Assembly (NCBI GenBank): GCA_964534375.1
Contig: CAZHPN010000082.1
Coordinates: forward strand, 1 to 24,082
Length of the DNA stretch: 24,082 bases
Source: an uncultured bacterium
GTDB taxonomy: Bacteria; Lernaellota; Lernaellaia; Lernaellales; Lernaellaceae
Reading direction: 5' to 3'
The translations under genes were made by a program, and so were the position numbers. Shown piece by piece: positions 14,436 through 24,082 of the stretch. The notes beneath the pieces were generated by a model, which was not told where the DNA came from, made no database searches, and was given only the letters and a program-made list of their open reading frames with translations. Numbering within the stretch: position 1 is the stretch's first letter; every line of letters starts with the position of its first letter.

Positions 14436-17153
14436 CTATGCCGGCGGCGCCGGCGGCGCCGGCGTAGCCGCCGCCGGGGCGGCGGTCTTTTTCGTCTGCA
14501 ACCGATAATTAATGCGATTGAGCGCGTCGCCGGCGGCCTTGGCGACTTCCTTGCGCAACTTGCGAAATTCCCACGGCACCAGAAACGCGCTGAGGACGAG
14601 GTTCGAATTCACGCGCACGCAGCGCCGCAAGGCCCCGCGCGCTGCCGGTCCGCCGACCGCGCCCAGCGCCTTGATCGCGGCGAACTTCAGCTTTTCGTCG
14701 GTGCGCGCGATCTTGCCCAGCGCCCCGCCGCGGAAATAGCCGACGGCGGGCAAGAGCATTTTTTCGGCGTCGGCGCCGCCGATGCGGCTGAGCGCCGTGA
14801 TGATCGCGACGCGCAGGCTCGGCTCGGCGAAGAAGAGGTCGATCAGCGACGGCGCCGCGTCCGGGCCGCCGTTGGCGCCGAGCACCGCAACCGCCGCCTC
14901 GGCGACGACCGATTCGGAATCGGAGAGCCGCAGGCGGGCGAGGGCGAGGCCCTCGTTGACGTCGAGTTTGGCGAGGGCCGAGATGGCTTCGGCGCGGACG
15001 CGCGGGTCGAGGTCGTCGCTGACCTGGCGGATCAGTTCGACGTCGCGGGCGCTGCCGAGGCGCTGAATGAGTTCGAGGCAGTTGCGGGCGACGTAAAACG
15101 AATCGTCGTCGAACGTGCCTTTGGCCGGGTCGCGGGTGAAAATCGCGGGATCGCTGAGGTGCTTCATCTTCCAGACGCAGGTGTGCAGCGTGCGTTCGCC
15201 CATCGAAAGCAGCGTTTGGAAGGCGCGGTTGCGCAGGCTGCGCGAGTCGCTCTTGAAGGCCTCGAGCAACTCGACGACCGCCTGATCGGTGCCGAGGGTT
15301 TCCAGGATGCGTCCGGCCGTTTCGACCTGCGTGATGTCGTCGCTTTCCATTTCGCGGACGAGCGCCTGCAGGGTTTCCGGGGTCGAGACGGAGAGCATCA
15401 AGGTCGAACTCAGTTCGGCGACGGCGCGGACATAATCGTCTTTGCGCTCGGCCGGCAGGTTCTCGCAGTATTTGGCCATATTGCTGACGGCGCGCAGCAC
15501 GCGCAAGCCGAGCGCGTACTGGCCGTTGAGCACGAGATAGCGGGTGATGCTCGAGAGCACGTCGTAGAGGCGGGCGAGCACCTCGACGTCCGGCTCCTTG
15601 CCGCGCAGCCGTTCGGTGAGCTTGTCGATGATCTGCGTCAGGCTGGTTTCCTTGTTGCGCGCCACGGCGACTTCGGTCATTTTTTCGAGGCCGTCGAGGG
15701 TGCGGATACGGTCGGTCGGGCTGCCTTTGCCGAGATCCTCGAGGAAGCCCTCGATCATCTTGCGGGCGGACGACCAACTCATCTCGTCGCGCACGCCGTC
15801 GCGGGAAAAGACGGCCTGCTCGGCCAATTCCGGATCGAGGGCGAGGATCATCTGCGCCAGGGTGCGTTTGGCGCTCTTGTCCTTGCCGGTGAGCAAATCT
15901 TTGAGCATCTGCCCGAGTTCGGCGGCGCTGAGTTTTTCGGCCTCGCCTTTGGAGATGCGGTTGAGGATCTCGCTGAGCACGACGTTGGAAACGGCCTTTT
16001 CGTCGGCGCCCAGCGATTCCGTGGCTTCCTTCTCGTCGCCCGAAATCACGCCGTAGCGGAATTGGTCGACCTGCACGTGGGTGACGCCTTTGCTTTCGAA
16101 GATCTTCCGAACGCCGCCCAACTTCTTGACCTGCGCTTCGTTCTGCGCGAACACCATGAGGAAGGCGCGCACTTCGTCGGTGGAGATGCCGCGCTTGAGC
16201 GTCAGCGCGTTGACGTTGCGGCCTTCGAGCGCGGCGATGAAGTCGTCGAGAAACTTCTCTTTTTTCTTGATTTTGATGTCTTCGATCAGCAGATCGCTGC
16301 CGACGCGGGAGATGGTCAGACCTTCGCGGCCCTGCATGGCGTTTTCCATCGTCGTTTGCAGCGTGCCGAGCGAGGCCTGCACGGACGGATGGTCGGCGCT
16401 CTGGTACATCTGGATGGTGCGCAGCAGCAGGTTGAGCCGTTTGATGATGTTCGTGCCGAGGCGGGCCATGACCGCGTCGGACAACCGCGCCTCGCCGACG
16501 CCGCCCGCGCCGGAGGAAGCGAGTATCGCCCCTTTTTGGGCCTGCTCGATGACCGGATCGTTGAGCAGCATTTCGTAGACGACGGAATCTTTGGATTGGA
16601 AATCGGCTTCCTTGAGCTGCTCGATCAGGACGTTCCAGTACGCGCGGCCGAAGCCGTTGAGGTCGAACCGCAACCGTTTCGCGGTCAATTCCTTGTCTTC
16701 CAAGACCGACTTCGCGAGGTCGACCGCGGTCAGCCGCAAGGCCGGCAGGCCTTCTTCCTGGATGCGGTCTTTGGCGAGGTAGATCAACTGAAAAAGCATC
16801 GCGGTCTTGGCCTTGAGGAACTTGATTTTTTTCGTGTCGAGATCGGCCGCGGCCTCGATCAATTCGCCCAGCGGCCGGAGCTTGTCGGAATTCTTGAGCG
16901 TGAAGCGGAGTTGCCCGAGGAATTTGTCGCCGAGGGCGCGGTTCATCGCCGGCCCGTCGAGCATGACCAGCATGGCCTTCGCAAAGCCGAGGTCGTCCAG
17001 CGAACGCGCGGCGATGTCGCCGCACAGGTCCGCCGCCTGGCGGATCGACAACTTCGCCAGCGCGTTATTGACGATTTCGGCTTGCTTGTCGGGCTCGTTC
17101 GCCGAACCGATGGAATTGACGATTCGTCGGATGTCCAGGGTTTCGTCGGCCAT
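14436..17153 (-). CDS. Large HEAT-repeat protein
   Basis: C-terminal HEAT/PBS repeats (DLDPRVRAEAISALAKL, LRVAIITALSRIGG, AAIKALGAVGG); central MY...HP...LTLKRGISTDEVRAFL region; GGGGGA SD before ATG 17153. Confidence 0.85.
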   Translation of the reverse strand: MADETLDIRRIVNSIGSANEPDKQAEIVNNALAKLSIRQAADLCGDIAARSLDDLGFAKAMLVMLDGPAMNRALGDKFLGQLRFTLKNSDKLRPLGELIEAAADLDTKKIKFLKAKTAMLFQLIYLAKDRIQEEGLPALRLTAVDLAKSVLEDKELTAKRLRFDLNGFGRAYWNVLIEQLKEADFQSKDSVVYEMLLNDPVIEQAQKGAILASSGAGGVGEARLSDAVMARLGTNIIKRLNLLLRTIQMYQSADHPSVQASLGTLQTTMENAMQGREGLTISRVGSDLLIEDIKIKKKEKFLDDFIAALEGRNVNALTLKRGISTDEVRAFLMVFAQNEAQVKKLGGVRKIFESKGVTHVQVDQFRYGVISGDEKEATESLGADEKAVSNVVLSEILNRISKGEAEKLSAAELGQMLKDLLTGKDKSAKRTLAQMILALDPELAEQAVFSRDGVRDEMSWSSARKMIEGFLEDLGKGSPTDRIRTLDGLEKMTEVAVARNKETSLTQIIDKLTERLRGKEPDVEVLARLYDVLSSITRYLVLNGQYALGLRVLRAVSNMAKYCENLPAERKDDYVRAVAELSSTLMLSVSTPETLQALVREMESDDITQVETAGRILETLGTDQAVVELLEAFKSDSRSLRNRAFQTLLSMGERTLHTCVWKMKHLSDPAIFTRDPAKGTFDDDSFYVARNCLELIQRLGSARDVELIRQVSDDLDPRVRAEAISALAKLDVNEGLALARLRLSDSESVVAEAAVAVLGANGGPDAAPSLIDLFFAEPSLRVAIITALSRIGGADAEKMLLPAVGYFRGGALGKIARTDEKLKFAAIKALGAVGGPAARGALRRCVRVNSNLVLSAFLVPWEFRKLRKEVAKAAGDALNRINYRLQTKKTAAPAAATPAPPAPPA

Positions 17154-17232
17154 CGCAGTTCCCCCCGTGGAAAAGCCGAACGCCTCCCTCGCGGGATGCA
17201 AGCCGGCGATTTCCGTGCGTTTGTCCGCGGAG

Positions 17233-17261
17233 ACTATAAAAGAAAATCCCGGTCAAAACAA
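17233..17261 (-). promoter_or_regulatory. Sigma70-like promoter TTGTTT-N17-TATAGT for the HEAT gene
   Basis: Hexamers at 17261-17256 and 17238-17233 in an AT-rich stretch. Confidence 0.45.
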
Positions 17262-17524
17262 TAAGGAAGTGACAATACAAGGGAGCGACGGCCCCGCCGC
17301 CCCGTTTCCCGATTGGAAAGGCGACGCTCCGGGCGGACAAAAGCGCATGATCGAGGCGGAACGAAACGGCGAGGCCGGAATCGACCTTGACAACGTAGAA
17401 TCGGCGCGTCAAATACTCGCGATGGACTGTCGCCTCTTCCGCAACCCACGACTTGGTTCCGGATCGGTTTGAAAACAGAAGATGTGCATGATCGAAATGC
17501 TTGCATAACGGCGGAGGAACTCGC

Positions 17525-18205
<681 letters not shown>

Positions 18206-18228
18206 AACAGCGGCGAAGCTGAAAGATG

Positions 18229-18260
18229 GAGCGGGGGTTCGCCCCCGCTCTTTTATTTTT
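18229..18260 (+). terminator. Intrinsic terminator
   Basis: GAGCGGGGG-TTCG-CCCCCGCTC + TTTTATTTTT. Confidence 0.85.
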
Positions 18261-18327
18261 CGACCGACGCAAACGCGCCGGCAATACGGCGGCTTGCCGC
18301 CGGACCGGGGACCATCTTCGCAATCTC

Positions 18328-18357
18328 TTGACCGTCGCCGAGCAATCGGCGTAACTT
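18328..18357 (+). promoter_or_regulatory. Sigma70-like promoter TTGACC-N18-TAACTT, near-leaderless
   Basis: ATG 18367 lies 9 nt after the -10; no SD. Confidence 0.4.
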
Positions 18358-18366
18358 GCTTTCGAG

Positions 18367-19953
18367 ATGAAGGGACGAATATTTCCGCTGCTGGCCGTGA
18401 CGCTGTTGCTGGGCTTTGCCTTCGGCGCGGCCGCGTCGTGCGGCGGCGGGGCCAGCAGCCGTCAGACGCCAAGCGCGACCGACGACGACGCCTCGCCGGC
18501 TGACGACGACGTCTCGCCGGTCGACGACGACGTCTCGCCGGTTGACGACGACGCCTCGCCCGTTGACGACGATCAATCTCCGGCCGCGGACGACGACGAC
18601 AACGACGACATGTTCAATTGCGACGTCATTCATCCCCATTCGACGGTCGGCCTGATTTCGTGCCTGCCCGGCGCCTATACCGGCTACACGTTGTTCGCGC
18701 CGTTGATGGCCGACACCGTGTACCTCATCGACATGTCCGGCCGCGTGGTCAACACGTGGGCGGGCCAATACCTGCCGGGCTTGTCGGTCTACTTGCTCGA
18801 CAACGGCCAACTGCTGCGCACCGGCAACGCGCTCAACCTGAATTTTCCCAGCGGCCCGCAGGGCGGCGTCGTGACGCTGCAAAACTGGGACGGCACGACG
18901 GCCTGGAATTACCTGATGTGCTCCGACGAGGTCTGCGCGCACCATGATGTGCACATGATGCCCAACGGCCATATCTTGATGATCATGTGGGAACGGAAAA
19001 CGACGGCCGAAGTGGTCGCGGCGGGCCGCGACCCGAACACGTACCCCTACAAGGAAATGTTCGCCGATTACATCGCCGAAATCGCGCCGGTGGGAACGGA
19101 TGACGTCCAAGTTGTCTGGGAATGGCACACGTGGGACCACCTCATCCAGGATTACGATCCGACCCAGGCAAATTTCGGGCTCGTCGGGGCCCACCCGGAA
19201 TTGATCGACATCAACTACGGCGTGCCGCGGCAATCGGATTGGCAGCACACCAACGGCATCGATTACAACGCCGACTTCGATCAAATTCTCGTCAGCGTTC
19301 GCAATTTCAGCGAAGTGTGGGTGATCGACCACAGCACCACCGCCGACGAAGCCGCGACCCACGACGGCGGGAGGTACGGCCGCGGCGGCGACCTGCTCTA
19401 CCGCTGGGGCAATCCGGCCGCCTACCGGCAAACTTCGCCGCCGCAGGATTTCTACAACCAGCACGACGGCCAGTGGATCGCCGACGGCTTGCCCGGCGCC
19501 GGCCACATGCTCGTCTACAACAACGGCGACGATCGCCCGGCCGGCCAATATTCGTCCGTCGACGAATTCGTCCCCGCGGTGAATCCCGACGGCAGCTATG
19601 CGGCGGCCGATCCGGCCTACGGACCCGCCGGCCTGACCTGGACGTTCGTCGACGCCGTCCCGACCGACATGTATTCGAATTTCTATTCGAGCGCCCAGCG
19701 TCTGGCCAACGGCAACACCTTTATCTGCAACGGCGAAACCGGCGTGTTTATGGAAGTCACCGCCGCCGGGGCCGTCCTCTGGCAATTCGTCAACCCGGTC
19801 ACGGGAAGCGGCGTCATGCAGCAGGGCCAGCAAATCCCCGCCAATGGCACGGCGGGCAACGGCGCGTTCCGCGCGTACCGTTACGCGCCCGACTATCCCG
19901 GCTTCGCGGGGAAGAACCTGGCGCCCGGCGGCTGCCTCGCGCCGCCATGCTAA
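18367..19953 (+). CDS. Aryl-sulfate sulfotransferase (ASST-family) lipoprotein with Asp-rich linker
   Basis: Lipobox AASC; (DDDxSPx)5; GYTLFAP, AHHD, VWEW, DWQHTNGIDY, LYRWGNP, QHD, SSAQRLANGNTFI. Confidence 0.85.
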   Translation: MKGRIFPLLAVTLLLGFAFGAAASCGGGASSRQTPSATDDDASPADDDVSPVDDDVSPVDDDASPVDDDQSPAADDDDNDDMFNCDVIHPHSTVGLISCLPGAYTGYTLFAPLMADTVYLIDMSGRVVNTWAGQYLPGLSVYLLDNGQLLRTGNALNLNFPSGPQGGVVTLQNWDGTTAWNYLMCSDEVCAHHDVHMMPNGHILMIMWERKTTAEVVAAGRDPNTYPYKEMFADYIAEIAPVGTDDVQVVWEWHTWDHLIQDYDPTQANFGLVGAHPELIDINYGVPRQSDWQHTNGIDYNADFDQILVSVRNFSEVWVIDHSTTADEAATHDGGRYGRGGDLLYRWGNPAAYRQTSPPQDFYNQHDGQWIADGLPGAGHMLVYNNGDDRPAGQYSSVDEFVPAVNPDGSYAAADPAYGPAGLTWTFVDAVPTDMYSNFYSSAQRLANGNTFICNGETGVFMEVTAAGAVLWQFVNPVTGSGVMQQGQQIPANGTAGNGAFRAYRYAPDYPGFAGKNLAPGGCLAPPC

Positions 19954-19955
19954 AC

Positions 19956-20104
19956 ACAGTGAACAGCGAACAGTGAACAGTGCCCGGGCCTTCCGTTCAC
20001 TCCGGCATTGGAACGTTGGCGAACCGCGGGCGCCTCTTTGCGACGATCGCCGCTGATCGTTCACTGTTCACTGTTCACTGTTCCTTGTTCACTGTTGATT
20101 GTTG
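19956..20104. repeat. Inverted pair of heptamer arrays: (ACAGTGA)4 at 19956-19982 and (CTGTTCA)~6 at 20059-20104
   Basis: Read directly; the arms are reverse complements separated by ~76 nt. Confidence 0.88.
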
Positions 20105-20193
20105 CTGTTGCTCCTGTCAAAAAAACCGTCTAATAATGTCCGCGCGGCGGAGAACCGTCGGCCAAACCACGGCAGGCTGCGAGGCGGAGATTC

Positions 20194-20973
20194 ATGAAGG
20201 TCGTCATTCTGTGCGGCGGCATGGGCACGCGATTGCGCGAGGAAACCGAGTTCCGGCCCAAACCGATGGTCGATGTCGGCGGGCGGCCGGTGCTGTGGCA
20301 CATCATGAAATTCTGCGCCTGGTACGGCCTGAACGAGTTCGTGCTGTGCCTGGGCTACCGCGGTTCGACGATCAAAGAGTATTTCCTCAACTACGAGGCG
20401 ATGAACAACAACTTCACGATCACGCTCGGCCGCCGGCACGCGATCGAGGCGCACGGCGCGCACGAGGAGCAGGATTTCAAAGTAACCCTCGTCGAAACCG
20501 GCCAAAACGCGATGACCGGCGCGCGCGTCAAACGGGTCGAGCCGTTCGTCGACGGCGATCTGTTTCTCGTGACTTATGGCGACACGCTGGCGGACGTCGA
20601 TCTGCGCGAACTCGTCGCCTTCCATCGCCGGCACGGCAAACTGGCGACAGTGACCGCCGTGCATCCCGTGTCGCGCTTCGGCATCTTGAGCCTCGACGAG
20701 TGCGGCGGCGTCGTGAAATTCACCGAAAAACCGGTGATGGAAGGCTACGCCAACGCCGGCTTTTTCGTCTTCGATCGCCGCGTGTTCGAATATCTCGACG
20801 CCGACGATTCCTGCATCCTCGAACGCCGCCCGCTCGAACGCCTCGCCGACGACGGGCAGCTCGTCGCCTACTGCCACGACGGTTTCTTCTTTGCCATGGA
20901 CACCTACCGCGAGTATCTCCAACTTAACGAGATGTGGAACAAGGGCCAGGCGCCGTGGAAGGTTTGGAAATGA
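20194..20973 (+). CDS. rfbF: Glucose-1-phosphate cytidylyltransferase
   Basis: VILCGGMGTRLREETEFRPKPMV, LCLGY, MTGARVKR, TYGD, MDT, APWKVW. Confidence 0.95.
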   Translation: MKVVILCGGMGTRLREETEFRPKPMVDVGGRPVLWHIMKFCAWYGLNEFVLCLGYRGSTIKEYFLNYEAMNNNFTITLGRRHAIEAHGAHEEQDFKVTLVETGQNAMTGARVKRVEPFVDGDLFLVTYGDTLADVDLRELVAFHRRHGKLATVTAVHPVSRFGILSLDECGGVVKFTEKPVMEGYANAGFFVFDRRVFEYLDADDSCILERRPLERLADDGQLVAYCHDGFFFAMDTYREYLQLNEMWNKGQAPWKVWK

Positions 20974-22064
20974 CCGACGCGTTCGCCGGCGCGTTTCGCG
21001 GCCGTTCGGTGTTGGTCACCGGCGACACGGGGTTCAAAGGTTCGTGGCTCGCGCTGTGGCTGCACCGGCTCGGCGCGCGGGTGACCGGCTACGCGCTCGC
21101 GCCGCCGACCGACCCCAGCCACTTCGTTGCCGCGGACGTCGCAGCGACGCTGGCCGCGCAGCACGAAGCCGATATCCGCGACGGCGCGCGGCTGGCGCAG
21201 GCCGTGCGCGATGCGGCGCCGGACGTGATTTTTCACCTGGCGGCGCAGGCGCTGGTGCGCGACAGCTATCTGGCCCCGCGCGAAACCTTCGAGGTCAACG
21301 CGATCGGCTGCGCCAGCCTGCTCGACGCCGTGCGCGCGCTCGGCAAGCCGTGCGTGGTCGTGATGGTCACCAGCGACAAATGCTACGAGAACCGCGAGCA
21401 GCCGTGGGGCTATCGCGAGATCGACCCGATGGGCGGCAGCGACCCCTACAGCGCGAGCAAGGGCGCAGCGGAGATCGTGATTCAATCGTATCGCCGGTCG
21501 TTTTTCCCGACGGCGCGGCTGGCCGAGCACGGGGTCAAGCTGGCGACGGCGCGCGCCGGCAACGTCATCGGCGGCGGCGATTGGGCGAAGGACCGCATCG
21601 TTCCCGACATCGTGCGCAGCCTGCTCGCGGGCCAACCCGTGCCGGTGCGCAATCCGGCGGCGGTGCGGCCGTGGCAGCACGTGCTCGAACCGCTGCACGG
21701 CTATCTGACGCTGGCGGCGCGGATGCTCGAATCCGACGATCCGCTGTGGCGCGACAGTTGGAACTTCGGCCCGCTGACCGAAGACAACGTCACCGTCGAA
21801 GCGCTGGTCGAAGCGTTTCTGGCCGACTGGGGCGAGGGCGCCTGGGCCGACGCGAGTTGTCCGGGTCAGGTCCCCGAGTCGCGGCTGCTGCGGCTGAATA
21901 TCGACAAGGCGCTGTGGGAACTCGGCTGGCGGCCGCGGTGGAAATTCGCCGAGGCCGTGGCGCACACGGCGAATTGGTATAAACGGTTCGCGGCCGGGCG
22001 GCCGGCGATGCGCGACGCTTCGCTGGCGACGATCGCGGATTATGAAAACACCGGGCCGGCCTGA
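20970..22064 (+). CDS. rfbG: CDP-glucose 4,6-dehydratase
   Basis: VTGDTGFKGSWL, HLAAQALVR, TSDKCYEN, DPYSASK, RAGNVIGGGDW, RPWQHVLEPL; ATGA overlap with rfbF. Confidence 0.95.
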   Translation: MTDAFAGAFRGRSVLVTGDTGFKGSWLALWLHRLGARVTGYALAPPTDPSHFVAADVAATLAAQHEADIRDGARLAQAVRDAAPDVIFHLAAQALVRDSYLAPRETFEVNAIGCASLLDAVRALGKPCVVVMVTSDKCYENREQPWGYREIDPMGGSDPYSASKGAAEIVIQSYRRSFFPTARLAEHGVKLATARAGNVIGGGDWAKDRIVPDIVRSLLAGQPVPVRNPAAVRPWQHVLEPLHGYLTLAARMLESDDPLWRDSWNFGPLTEDNVTVEALVEAFLADWGEGAWADASCPGQVPESRLLRLNIDKALWELGWRPRWKFAEAVAHTANWYKRFAAGRPAMRDASLATIADYENTGPA

Positions 22065-22094
22065 ACGCCGGACCGCGACTGCGAGGAGAGCGGG

Positions 22095-23030
22095 ATGACC
22101 GATTTCAACCTGATCATGCTTTCCGCCATGTACGAAAACGGCGGCAACACCACGCACCGCATGCTCGACGGGCATCCGCGCCTGTTCGTGTATCCATTCG
22201 AGTCGCAGGTGGGCACCGGCGCCGGGTCCGACTGGCTCACGTCGGTCGCGCCGCTGCGCTATCGCTGGCCCGAATTCTCCGGCGACGCCACGCCCGAGTC
22301 CGCCTACGAAGCGTTCTGGGACGAAGAGCTCAAGACGCTGTTGCGCGTGCCCAAACGCAGCAAATTCGTCGATTGCGGCCTGCAAATGAACGAGGCGGAG
22401 CGCAAGGCGTGGTTCGCGAATTTCCTGCGCGGCAAGCCGATCACGCGCGCGAATTGCGTCGAGGCGTACTACCGCTCAACCTTCGAAACCTGGAAAAACT
22501 ACAACCGCTCGGGGCAGGAAACGCACTGGGTCGGCTACAACCCGGTGCAGTGCCTGGACACCGACAAGATCCTGCGCGATTTCCCCGACGGCCACGTGCT
22601 GCACGTGGTGCGCAACCCGTGGTCCGGCTATGCGGACACGAAAAAAAGGCCGTTTCCGCTGTCGCTCGAACGCTACGCCTGGCTGTGGAGCCTCTGCCAG
22701 CACATGGCGCTCGTCTTCCAGGAAAAGTACGCGGGCCATTTCCACATCATGCGCTTCGAGGACATGGTCGCCGATCCGCGCGCGACGCTCGGCCGCGTGC
22801 TCGGCGAAATCGGCCTGCCGTTCTCCGACGAATGCCTGCACCCGTCGTTCAACCGCAAGAAGCTGGAGCAAGTGTACCCGTGGGGGACGATCCGCGTGCC
22901 CACGCCGGCCGCCAATGTCGCCACGGCGAACGAACTGAGCCCCGGCGAGAAAAAGCACATGCTGGTGCAGACCGGCGTCATGCTGAAACTGCACGGCTAC
23001 GGCCAGTTTTATGACCAACACCTCGTTTGA
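22095..23030 (+). CDS. Sulfotransferase-family protein
   Basis: GNTTHRMLDGHP, HVVRNP, RFEDMVADP...IGLPF; GAGGAG SD. Confidence 0.75.
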   Translation: MTDFNLIMLSAMYENGGNTTHRMLDGHPRLFVYPFESQVGTGAGSDWLTSVAPLRYRWPEFSGDATPESAYEAFWDEELKTLLRVPKRSKFVDCGLQMNEAERKAWFANFLRGKPITRANCVEAYYRSTFETWKNYNRSGQETHWVGYNPVQCLDTDKILRDFPDGHVLHVVRNPWSGYADTKKRPFPLSLERYAWLWSLCQHMALVFQEKYAGHFHIMRFEDMVADPRATLGRVLGEIGLPFSDECLHPSFNRKKLEQVYPWGTIRVPTPAANVATANELSPGEKKHMLVQTGVMLKLHGYGQFYDQHLV

Positions 23031-24082
23031 ACGGCCGCGCTGCTGGACCGTCGACGATTATGACGAACTCCGGCGCAAGATCTTTTACCCGAAAACGGAC
23101 CTCATGGCGCCGGACGAGACGCTGCGGGCCATCAAGAGCCGCTCGGCCGAGGAACTGGGCATCACCAATGAAATCCTCGCGCGGGTCGGGGCACATTGGC
23201 TCGGCGAAAAACCGACCGTCGCGCCGCTGGCGGAGCAGGGCACCTTCCACCGACTGTTCCGGTTGACGCTTCCCGATGGCCGCCGCTTCGTGATGCGGAT
23301 TAACGCCGCCAACAACCTGTACCGCGACTTTTCGATGTACCAAGACCTGTGGCTTTCCGAGCGAATGGGGCATGTCGGCGCCCCGCGCGTGAGAGCGGTG
23401 GACATCAGCTATTCGAGGCGCCAGTTCGAATATGAGATCTTCGACGAGGCGCGCGGGGAAAGCTTGACGCGGCTCGACGACAGCGACGCCATCCTTGGCC
23501 CGCTCAGGCTGCTAGGCGCGGCGGCGGCGCGCATTCATCTGCAGCGGTTTCGCGGCTTCGGCTGGTTCACCCTGCGGCCGCTTCATTGGGCGCGGGAAGT
23601 CGCGGACGTCGCTCTGCGCGGCAGCGACGCCCGCTGGGGCGACTACCTTGAACGCAACTTCGAACGGCATGCCAATGTATGCCGCCGCATTGGCGCCATT
23701 ACCGGCGAGGAGCAGCGCCGCATCCTGGCGTTGTTCACCCAGCACGCGCGCCTGTGGGATGACGCGCCTTCGGCGCTGCTGCACGGCGACCTGGGCAACC
23801 ACAACGTTTTTACCGATGGCCAGCGGATCACAGCCATCATCGACTGGGAAGACTGCCTGGTCGGCGATCCGGTTTACGACATCGCCTTTTGGGCGACCTT
23901 TCATCCGGAGCCGCGCCACGCCGTCTTTTTGGAGGGCTATCGACAGGTGGTCGAACTGCCGGCCGATTTTTGGCTGCGATTTTGGCTGTATTTCCTGCGT
24001 GTCTCGCTGGCCAAAACGGTTCATCGCCATCGCTTCGGATACGAGGATCGCCCCGGGCGGCCACCCGCGGCGCGGCGGATTC
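23011..24082 (+). CDS. APH / choline-kinase-like phosphotransferase (runs off the right edge; absent from ORF track)
   Basis: Frame from ATG 23011 is open to the end; QGTFHRLF, LLHGDLGNHNVF, AIIDWED..GDPVYDIA; start uncertain. Confidence 0.85.
   Translation, partial: MTNTSFERPRCWTVDDYDELRRKIFYPKTDLMAPDETLRAIKSRSAEELGITNEILARVGAHWLGEKPTVAPLAEQGTFHRLFRLTLPDGRRFVMRINAANNLYRDFSMYQDLWLSERMGHVGAPRVRAVDISYSRRQFEYEIFDEARGESLTRLDDSDAILGPLRLLGAAAARIHLQRFRGFGWFTLRPLHWAREVADVALRGSDARWGDYLERNFERHANVCRRIGAITGEEQRRILALFTQHARLWDDAPSALLHGDLGNHNVFTDGQRITAIIDWEDCLVGDPVYDIAFWATFHPEPRHAVFLEGYRQVVELPADFWLRFWLYFLRVSLAKTVHRHRFGYEDRPGRPPAARRI

Noticed and set aside
14208..17264. 1018-aa + strand ORF and the many other long Arg/Ala-rich ORFs
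   Set aside because: Antisense or off-frame shadows of real genes in high-GC DNA; no motifs
17387..17412. TTGAC-N16-GTCAA inverted repeat as an FNR/CRP site
   Set aside because: Spacer does not fit TTGAT-N4-ATCAA; 5-bp arms can arise by chance
20140..20193. ops/JUMPstart element upstream of rfbF
   Set aside because: No GGCGGTAG match
23011..24082. Aminoglycoside resistance gene
   Set aside because: Only generic APH-fold motifs; coupling to a glycan operon favours a biosynthetic kinase

Overview
GC-rich bacterial window, probably from a deltaproteobacterial/myxococcal-like lineage (inference from protein architecture only). Most of it encodes exported lipoproteins built as lipobox + Asp-rich linker + variable payload: three Trp-Gly repeat proteins with 7, 7 and 14 repeats (likely 7-bladed beta-propellers), a pepsin-like aspartic protease, a Cys-rich protein and an aryl-sulfate sulfotransferase. 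Also present: the 5' end of a probable GH38 alpha-mannosidase, a GH39-like lipoprotein, DUF1566, DUF1697, TPR and HEAT-repeat proteins, a compact Rieske-glutaredoxin-FTR catalytic subunit-Rieske operon, a DUF559 remnant, and the start of a glycan locus (rfbF, rfbG, sulfotransferase, APH-like kinase). The strongest unexplained signal is a ~105-110 bp promoter + 5' leader module repeated in front of three (probably four) exported-protein genes, including unrelated ones. Intergenic regions also carry heptamer tandem arrays and double-hairpin REP-like elements. No rRNA, tRNA, CRISPR array, integrase or transposase was seen. All counts and identities were done by hand; no database search was run.
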